Assembly (NCBI RefSeq): GCF_006345805.1
Contig: NC_042997.1
Coordinates: 94,364,001-94,428,000, forward strand
From: Octopus sinensis
Lineage: Eukaryota
DNA: 64,000 nt
Direction: 5' to 3'
Both the position numbers and the translations under genes were made by a program. Within the stretch, counting starts at the first letter, position 1. Every line of letters begins with the position of its first letter. Under the pieces are notes generated by a model, which worked only from the letters and a program-made list of their open reading frames with translations, did no database searches and was not told the origin of the DNA. Of this stretch, positions 52,675-64,000 are shown one piece after another.

Positions 52675-53260
52675 AGAGCGGCAAGTTGGCAGAAACGTTA
52701 GCACGCCGGGCGAAATGCGTAGCCGTATTTCGTCTGCCGTTACGTTCTGAGTTCAAATTCCGCCGAGGTCGACTTTGCCTTTCATCTTTTCGGGATCGAT
52801 AAATTAAGTACCATTTACGCACCTGGGGTCGATGTAATCGACTTAATCCGTTTGTCTATCCTTGTCTGTCCCCTCTGTGTTTAGCCCCTTGTGGGCAATA
52901 AAGAAATAAGTATTTCATCTGCCGCTACGTTCTGAGTTCAAATTCCGCTGAGGTAGACTTTGCTTTTCATCCTTTCGGCGTCGATTAAATAAGTACCAGT
53001 TACGCACTGGGGTCGATATAATCGACTTAATCCGTTTGTCTGTCCTTGTTTGTCCTCTCTGTGTTTAGGCCCTTGTGGGTAGTAAAGAAATAGGCATTTT
53101 GTCCGACTTCACATTCTGTGTTTAAATTCCACTGAGGTCGATATTGCCTTTCATATTTTTAGGTTCGATAAAATAAGTACTAGTCGAACACTGGAGTCAA
53201 TGTAATCGACTTGCTTCCTGCCTGAGCTTGCTGACCTTGTGCCAAAATTCGAAACCAGTA
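52675..53260 (+). mobile_element. SINE family A trimer
   Basis: One full head, then two units starting near the B box after aaagaaata(a/g)g. Confidence 0.9.
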
Positions 53261-55340
53261 TTAAAAAAAATTACACATACATAGAGTGAAATTTGAATAC
53301 TACATCTTATATGTGAATTTAGATTTATTTTGAATATTATATTTTCTTAAGTAAAAGTATAGTAGTAGAAAAAAAACGGAGTAACTCAGTACAAACCTAG
53401 TTCACAAAACGTTTTTATTCCAAGTTGAAAAAATTCTACTCAGTAAAGTCATAAAAATAGCAAATTTACCACCCGTTATGTTAAATTATAAAGCTTTTTT
53501 TTTGCTTCAACAATATCAACTAACTTGTAAATTTATTTAGTATCTGAAAGCTGTGTTGTAATAAACAAAATTCGTGAGACAATAGGATCAGTAGAATACA
53601 GTTCATATTTTAAGTAGTATTTAGTTTCTCTTGTATAAACAAAGATAGCACAACCATATTAGTTATAATAATAAGTTTATTACACTCTAAAGAAAACAAA
53701 GTTATTGCTGAAGTATAAGTTAAATTTGCATTTCGATAACTCTGGAGAATGTGTTTAATATTCTCCGATTGTTCTGTAATCACTAGAATATTATTCTGAC
53801 TTATTAAAGATAGATGGCGAATAAATCAGTAAGGTGTTTAAGATTACATCCAACGTAATATAAATGATTTCATCCAACAAAACTGACAAATAGAGTAAAC
53901 TGTAGGACTTGAAAATATGAATTTCAGTGTAGAAAATTGTTGAGTGTAAACTATGCAAAAATGAAAAAAAAAAAAACAAAAACAAAACCACATTTAACGT
54001 GCGGCAGAAAAAGAATCTAATTTTTTTGAACAATATTCTTCACTGAGTAGAAATATGTATTTTGAATTCAAAATTACTGTTTATCGAAAACGTTAGATAT
54101 GAATGATATTAGGAGGAAGCTAATCTCGAATATAATTAAATTTTCATTTTAAAGATGTATATATCTTGAACTTTCGAATAAGATACAGAAAACAGTCACT
54201 CACACACATACGTACACACACGCACGCACACACACACACATACACGCACACATGTGCGTTATTTCGGGCAAGTGTGTGAGATTATATAGCATCAAGTGAA
54301 TTGATTTGAACTTGTGTCTGTTGTGATTAACGTTGATAAGGAACTATATTTCAAAGAATGTAAACAAGTGACACCTGTAGATTTTTCTTTAGATTTCTAG
54401 AAGCTTTTCCCATGTCACAAGTTAACCTTTGTATGCAGTTTGGCTTCATAACAGGAACTATACAATAAATAAAGAAACAAAGTCTACAAGTCTTCTGTTT
54501 CGTATTATAACAAATCTTCTCATGTTTTACCTTTCGTCTTCCTCGTATACGCCATTCTCTTTTCTTTTCATTCTTTATTCTGTTTATCGTTTTGACATTC
54601 ACTGAAACCGAGACGAAATATTCTTTCTTTGCTTAACGTATTACCTACTGAGTTTGTTGTCATAATACGTCAGTTAGTGTGATGACTGTCAGAAACTGTA
54701 TGCGCAATTTTGCGGATGTACTTCCAACAACAAATGTGATGATACGATGTTTATCTAGTTTATTCTTTGCGGGGTGAAGTTTGACTAGATTGCAATATAT
54801 AGTAATAGTTTGTTATAAGATAATTCCAGAAGCAGAGATTGTAGTAAAATCCTTCGTCAACTCACAGAAATTAATTCCTCGAAGATAATGCTATTGATAG
54901 GATCGTGTATTTATGTACATTTAGACTGCATATATTTGAATTAATAAAATCATATTCTCAGTTACATTCCTAGCATTCGTGAAATACTTCATAATATTCT
55001 AGAGTTAGTCGATAACGACAGCAGCAAACGATAGAATATCGCAAGTAAGTGGTCTTATAATATATTTACATGTTTATCAAAATAAGTGTATTTAAAAATA
55101 TTTCACAGGCTAGGAATGTTATTGGAAAGAATATAAACGGACATAATTAAAACATTTATAAGTAGGAAACCATACGATTTCTGACAGAGGTAATAAAATA
55201 CTGTTAATGAGAATGTTGAATAAAATTCGATGAAATGTTTTAACTCCTTATAGTGGACGATGCTGTCAAGAAATATCAAAATTCAATGTCACGATGTGCA
55301 AGTCGACGACATCGTTATACACACGCATACACACACACAA

Positions 55341-55372
<32 letters not shown>

Positions 55373-55384
55373 ACACACACACAC

Positions 55385-56532
55385 GACAGAAGTAAATATA
55401 CACCTCATACAACCTCGTTTTATGTTTATTTGACTTGTAAAGGTTTATGTTTTTTATTAGTTGACATTTTGATGTTTCAGGTTCTATATGTGACTTTTTA
55501 ATCATGCCATGTAAAATAGAAGCCTTGGAATCGTCTGAATTTCAAAGAGACCGTATTGTAGGACATTCTGAAGGTGGATGTAGTCCGCGTAAAGTAGCAG
55601 AAATCCTTGGAGTCCCGAGTTCTACAGTTAATAGAGTGATTGTGCAATTCACCAGAGATGGGAAGGAGTCCACATCACCTCCCTCAGATCAACCAGGGTC
55701 CTCTGAAAGGGCTATTCTCTTTGTTAAGAGAAGTGTGGAGGATAACTCTCGTTTCAAGGCCTCTAACATAGCAGAACAAGTTGATGCCTGTCCCAGAAGA
55801 GCTGTCAGGTATCTCCACAAACTTGGCTACTGTGGCAGAGCAGCAAGAAGGAAGCCACTTCTTCGACCAAGCAGAGAAAGAATTGGGTCAGTGAGATGGT
55901 AGAGAGGCCACTAGCATTTTACGACAGTCATATTCTCTAATAGGGGTCGAGTGTGGGTCTGGAGACTCTCTGTGATCAAGAATTTGATGTGAAAAGATTG
56001 CAGCCAGCACTGAAACACGGCACCTATTCTGTGATGGTCTGGAGTTTAATTCGGAGCAATGGTTGATCAGAGCAGATAAATATGTGTCTATATTGCAGAA
56101 CAGACACCTTCCAATCTTCTCCAGTACCGAAATGATTAAAAAAGACGCTTTATTTATGAAAGATGGAGCTCCATGTTACACGGCTAAAATGAGCTAAGAT
56201 TTGTTGGATGAGAATGCCAAGCCAGTCGCCAGATATGAATCCTATTGAAACCTCAGGGACATAATGGACGAGGCACTTCATAAAAAGAAAAAGAAAGCAT
56301 CTTAAGAGGCAGATATTTTGAGATTAGTGCATGAAATTTGGCAAGAAGAGAATATTCGTCATCTGCTCAGTAACATACCTAATAGGGTCGTTGCATTGAA
56401 AAACGCAAAGGGCATGTCTCCTAAAAATTAAATATTCACGTTATATCGATTAATAAATAAGTCGAATATATAATTTGTTCTAAATAAATTTTAATGATTA
56501 TAAGAGTGTCTATTTACTTCTGTCATATATGT
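55385..56532 (+). mobile_element. Tc1-like DNA transposon, decayed transposase, short TIRs
   Basis: ORF 55504-55902 with HTH region and [10 protein letters not shown]; later DGAPCYTAK; TIR gacagaagtaaata(t/g)acac at 55385 and, reversed, at 56504-56532. Confidence 0.88.
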
Positions 56533-56638
56533 CCACACACACACACACACACACACCACACACACACATGTAGTGGGATAAGAAATAGGATATCCTTCGT
56601 ATAGCATTATACATTTCAAAAAGTGAATAGAAATTAAA

Positions 56639-56765
56639 AAACAATAAATAGTAATGGCTTTTCTGTTAATTTTTACACTTTAATAATTAGACGTTTATAA
56701 GTTTATAAACATCTAATTATGAAAGTGAAAAAAAATATCAGTAATGCCATTACTGTTTATTGTTT
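56639..56765. repeat. Imperfect 127-bp palindrome (MITE-like)
   Basis: aaacaataaatagtaatggc/gccattactgtttattgttt and ataattagacgtttataa/ttataaacatctaattat. Confidence 0.85.
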
Positions 56766-56785
56766 CAAATATAAATACATACACA

Positions 56786-58485
<1,700 letters not shown>

Positions 58486-60539
58486 ATATATATATATATA
58501 TATAGGTACTGGCGCACTGCTTTCAAAATTTTCTTAATACTCATATTCATTCTAGTAGATGTTTCAGAATAGAATGCAAGTAGATTTACCTATTTCTATC
58601 TACATAATCGTTTAGTTGCATTTTTGAGGTCATAGTACGCTATTCGAGAAATCTTTTTATGTGGATGTGCACTAAAATGGAGAAATCCATGCGCGCGCAC
58701 ACACACATCGCTCATACATATACTGCCATATTTGAACAATTAGTTGTGAGAAATCAGTTTGTATTTGTAACTTATGACTGACATATCAAGAAATATTAAA
58801 GAAGCATGTACTAAATGTCTTACACTAAACATCGCTCACAACATGATCACTGGCTTTCAATATGGAGCTTAAATTTGTTCCATTAAATTCCATTGCAAAA
58901 TAAAACCATTTGAAATTTCATATGCCTTTAGCCTACGTACAGATTACACATAGGTTTGGTGTAAAATAATCTACTTTATGTATTATTGTTCTCCGTGTTT
59001 GAAATGATGAGCAAACTAACTGACATAAGTCAGGTTTAACATCATAGATATCATCTTGATCATTTATTAGAGTAGAAAGAATCCTGTAACTTCCTATAAG
59101 GAATTCACATGAATTAACAATATTGTATTAACAACAGAACTTGAGTTGCGATGATGTATTTACTGAACAGGAAAGAAGTATTTATTTTGTATTTATATGT
59201 TTCCAGAAAACATTAAACACTCCATAAACTAACGAATGTAAAAACAAAAAATTCCTCAGCTATTGAGTACGTAAACCACATAAACTCTAGTAACACTAAA
59301 TTCAGGAGGTCAAGCATGGCGTTAAGGAGCTTATTGCTGTAGAACGATGTTATTCTTTTAAAACTCAAAATAGTTTACTGAAGCAGAAAGCTAAGAAATG
59401 CAAGGCCTAAGCTGCACATAGCAAAACTCACGCACAAAATAACACGCAAAGAAAAAAATCAGATTACTTCGTCCCGCTATATGATCTGTACGAAAATATC
59501 TGACATGAGAAATCAATATTATGGAAGTAAAACCGAATAAGTTGAATGGAACAAAGTACATTGAACTATAAATTCAGAAAATGTTTTACATCATAATAGC
59601 AGCATGAGCTATTTACTGAATAAATTAAGAGATAAGAGCAAATGCTGAATTGCTTTCACAAAGCAACATGAATGAAAATAGTTGTAACGTTAAAAAAACT
59701 ACGTATATTGAGGCAAACAACGCAAAACATAAAATTAAATTATAGACAAACATAATACCCTGAAGAAGTATAGTATCAGACAAATTTTAAAAATAGAAGT
59801 GAAGATAAAACTCATTATTTTCACATAACGAGTCATTAGTAAGATTTAAAGAAATAATTATAAAATAATATTGTCATATAACCAAAATGATTCTGAACGT
59901 TTTAGCTTCAAATTATCAAGCATTGTAAAGGTATTCCTCGTTAAAGTACGGATCTACGCATGCTGGTTGCATTACTTGGGGTCTTTAACAACATTTCAAT
60001 GTTTGTCCAAGAAATTCCCTTGTATTTAGGAATAGTATTTTGGCATAGTTTTGGTTTTTTGAATGTAAATTTATGTGATAGTTTTCAGTACTTGTGAATA
60101 TCTGGCACTGTTTTCTTAACAATGCTAAGTTGTTAGAAATCATTAAACGAATTCAAATTTCTAAGAATGTAGATTAGTTTCCATTTACTTTATTAAAGGT
60201 CAAATTCCGTTAACCTACAACTCATCTAATTACTGTGCATTGAGTTTTGAATAACATTATAACAATAAAAAGCAAACAAGTATAACGTGTCCGACAAATA
60301 GTCGCCATTTAACTTTCCCAAAACAAGCGTCAAAAACCATATTACTTGTTTAGATAGTAGCTATAATTATTTACAAAACGATTCATAGATTATATTAAAC
60401 AATGGTTCTCGATAGCCTTTATCGATATCAACATATATATGTGTATTTTAAGAACATATTGGGAGTGTCATTAAATCAATTGCTTTTCAAATTTATCTAC
60501 CTTATATCTCTATCTATCTATGGCATATATTATATATAC

Positions 60540-60692
60540 ACGTGGGTGTGTGGTAAGAAATTTGCCTCCCAACCACGTGGTCCCAGTTTCAGTCCCACTT
60601 CGTGACACCTTGGGCAAGTGACTTCTACTATAGCCTCGGATAACCTTGTGAGCGGATTTGATTTGATAGTCAGAAACTAAAAAAAGCCCGTC

Positions 60693-60742
<50 letters not shown>

Positions 60743-60950
60743 GTGTATGATTTGTGTGTGTGTGTGTTTGTCCCCCACCATTGCTTGACAACCGATGCTG
60801 TGTGTTTATGATCCCGTTACTTAGCGGTTCGGCAAAATATACCAATAGAATAAATACTTCTCTTACAAAAATAAGTCCTGGGATCGATTTTTCGACTAAA
60901 ACTCTTCAAGACAGTGCTCTAGCATGGCCGCACGCAACTCACTTAAGCAA
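60540..60950 (+). mobile_element. SINE family B
   Basis: gtgtgtggtaagaaatttgcctcccaaccacgtgg...gacaccttgggcaagtgacttctactatagcc...gcttgacaaccgatgc. Confidence 0.9.
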
Positions 60951-61830
60951 ATAAATGAATATATATGCATACATACTTACATTTACAAATATATATGCAA
61001 TAAATATATATATATACACATGTATTTAAGCGCTACTAATAGTTTCATATGTTGAGATATACTCATATATTCTTCGGGAGCACACCACATATATATATGT
61101 ATATTTACATTTAATGTATGTATATAGAGACATGTAAGTATATATGTATTTATAAATCTATGTATGCGTATAAGTATTATAGTATGTTCAGAACAAGCAT
61201 TTCAATCCGTTGGACAATACGCATTAAAGTATTTTTCTGACTCCTTTCAATTATCATTTGCAGAGATACTATATTCTTGTGGACTATATTCAGTAACTTA
61301 TGGAAAGATTAGTGTAAAGTGACTTTCTATAAAGGAGGCAGGGTAGGGAAAGACTCTAAATCAAGATGTAAATTACCAGTTAAAGGGACAAGACGCTAAT
61401 AAAAGCTATGATATTGATACAGAGGAAATTATCATAAGATACTATGGGTGATTGTATTTAAACAATATTGTTGTGTTGTATAAAGATAAAATTTAAGATT
61501 ATTAAAAATGATATTATAACCAAAATTGATAAGATGTGTGCATATACCATTTTCAACATTAGAAATTGTGCCGTCAACTCACTCCTACAGACACAGTCCT
61601 CTAGTCTTAGATTTGGTAGTTGATAAAAAGACTAATAAATTAAAAATGCACCACAATCCTTTACGAGCTATGACTCCAACAAACCTCATACAATTCTTAG
61701 AAGTGTAGTATGTTTTTTAGCTACATTAGTGGTAACATGGACACTTTCAGTCTTCTTGCTCTATTAGAGCATTTGAGTAAAGTTATATTAATGTGTCTGA
61801 CTGATTTAAAAAATTCTATTTATCTATCTA

Positions 61831-61916
61831 TGTAGCTGATGATAGCCGTGCATTTAAATTGATGTAATGATTGCATTGTTCAATTAAATGGAGCCGCTTC
61901 AAACGGTCGTACTGCA
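61831..61916 (+). ncRNA. Homolog of the 44653 hammerhead with G12-to-C change (probably inactive)
   Basis: tgtag/ctgca stem I, CTGATGA, CAAAC in place of GAAAC, ACGGTCGT, GTA. Confidence 0.65.
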
Positions 61917-62894
61917 TCACCTCTTGATATCTTGTTGCTTATTTTGGTTTTATTCAACTTACTTAAAGTTGTACGGATAATACCGCATGGATATGGTGCT
62001 CTTCAACTTAAGTACCTAATTCAACTGAAACTCAATTCTATATATATATATATATATATTATATGTTATTTATTATTTAATTGAACGCGACGCATCCATT
62101 TCCGAGTAAGATTATAAGCACACACACATATGTATATATGCATATATATTCATATAAACGTACACACACGTACACACACACACATATATATATATATACA
62201 TAAAGATAAACACACACACTCCAATAAATATGCATACACGCACGCACACACATGAATGCAACTACTTCCACACACAACACACATGCACGTTCATACATAC
62301 ATACACACATATATACACTCAGATACATACGCTTCCCCACTCACACGCTCATGCACATACACATTCAGTTACTACCACACACAAAGACGCTGCCATACAC
62401 ACACACCGTATCACACACACACACACACTCATGTCACCACGATACGCCCCCCCACACACACAGATACCAATCATTCTTCACACTCTCCTGTCCCAGAAAT
62501 AACTTTCTCTTTGTTCATCTATTTTTGGTCATTTCAAAAATGTAACTACACGTGAACTGTTGGCGATTTTTTTTCGTCTTCATTTTCTTTTGGACTTTCC
62601 TAAGTCTTCTATTTCCGAAGAAAGCTTAGCTCCAGACGTAAAACAACCACTCCTTTTCTTTTCTGAGCGTCTCATGAATACATTGCATGTCCTCGCGTTG
62701 TTGTTTTTTTCTTTTCATGTTGCCGTTATCCTCCATTTCTTAATTAACTATACACATACATACATACATAATACATACATACATACATACATACATACAT
62801 ACATACATACATACATACACGCACACATATTTATATATATAAAATCCAACAAAAAAGTAGTCCATCTGGTGAGAGATAATTATATTATTTATTG

Positions 62895-62944
62895 AAAGGT
62901 CACAGTACATGTATTAGCGCTTTAATACTTGTATTGTGACCTTT
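62895..62944. other. Isolated 22-bp-stem hairpin
   Basis: aaaggtcacagtacatgtatta-gcgctt-taatacttgtattgtgaccttt; 1 wobble, 1 mismatch. Confidence 0.85.
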
Positions 62945-63025
62945 AAATAATTTATATATATATAATATAATATATAATACGTTATATATATAATATATAA
63001 TATATCATGTATATATATATATGTA

Positions 63026-63065
<40 letters not shown>

Positions 63066-63094
63066 GATATATTATATATTATATATATATATAA

Positions 63095-64000
63095 ATAAAT
63101 AAATAAAATATATGCATACATACATACATATATGTACGTACCTACATCTATATGTATATATACATGCATATATAAATATATATATGTGAATACAGGATAC
63201 CACAAATAGACGTAGAACTCAACGAGAAACGAAAACGTAAGAACAAACATGGAAACGGACTTTTTTTAACAACAAAAAAACAGAGTACAAGACAAACAAT
63301 ACAAGAAAAATTCCCCCTCATCAGCTGTCCCTAGTTCGACTCCATGCGTGTTTCGAAGAAAGGACAGACCACGACTCCGAAATAGTCCTTCCTGCGAAAG
63401 AATTAAATAAAATTCCTTTGCAGAGGGGTAAAAACAAGGAAAGAAAAAAATGTGACAAAAACAGGACGTAAAAACAATACAAATAAAAAAACAAATACAA
63501 AATAAAAATACAAAAACAAAAAATACAGTACAAGTAAAGAATAAAAACAGGACAAGGAAACAAACATTGAGGGCCTTTTTTAGCCTAGACGATGGAAAAA
63601 TTCAACAGCGCAGGAAAAATGCATGTTCACTTGTAGGAGGCCGTCAGCGAAAGGAAGTGGTCGACACGGCTGTGTGAGAGATGAGGAGGAGTGAGAGAAA
63701 GAGAGAGATAGGAAACCAGAAAGGGTGAAAAATAAGAAGGAGAGAGACAGGCAAAGAGGAAGACAGACAGGAAGGAAGGGAAGGTCAAGCAAAGGGTTAC
63801 AGAGTTTCGCGTCATAATTATATATAAAAACTTACTTGGAGAACAGAAAAGAAACGAAACGACGCGAGGGCGCTCAGTCATGCAATAAATTAATAAATAA
63901 AATATATGCATACATACATACATATATGTACGTACCTACATCTACATGTATATATACATGCATATATAAATATATATATGTGAATACAGGATACCACAAA
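63095..64000 (-). repeat. Tandem (about 795-bp period) family X-related repeat, runs off the window end
   Basis: aataaaatatatgcatac..gtacgtacctacatc..aggataccacaaa recurs at about 63100 and 63895; homologous to 14412-15820. Confidence 0.85.

Larger units (their letters stand above)
49627..54033 (-). pseudogene. Decayed multi-transmembrane coding relic, best resembling an ankyrin/TRP-type cation channel; interrupted by an LTR-like insert, (TA)n and SINEs
   Basis: Frame 50235-49627 runs 203 codons with only 3 internal stops in very AT-rich DNA; hydrophobic segments, C-terminal heptad-like stretch, AATAAA at 49587-92; upstream segments are more decayed; family assignment by eye only. Confidence 0.45.

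Overview
AT-rich, microsatellite-dense animal genomic DNA. The tRNA-derived SINE families and repeat landscape look like octopus (coleoid cephalopod); this is inference from recognised SINE sequence, not a database hit. I found no intact host gene. Most listed ORFs are translations of simple repeats or antisense frames of transposons. Recognisable content: a near full-length R4/Dong-type non-LTR retrotransposon (RT plus C-terminal restriction-like endonuclease) sitting in (TAA)n; a second R4/Dong RT fragment; a decayed CR1/L2-type LINE; a very old Ty3/Gypsy pol relic; three Tc1/mariner relics (one with long IR-DR ends); many SINEs; and many Penelope-like element (PLE) fragments and non-coding PLE-like derivatives. 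Reading for RNA structure gives the main result, a series of hammerhead-ribozyme-topology motifs at PLE/retrozyme-like 3' ends. These include one with a fully canonical core (34841-34935), a covarying pair, several altered-core variants, and one attached to a tRNA-like Pol III head. A second result is a decayed, apparently intron-poor multi-TM reading frame on the minus strand at about 49.6-54 kb whose motif order resembles an ankyrin/TRP-type channel (low to moderate confidence). Coordinates of degenerate elements are approximate (tens of bp). Some frameshifts may be long-read indel errors.
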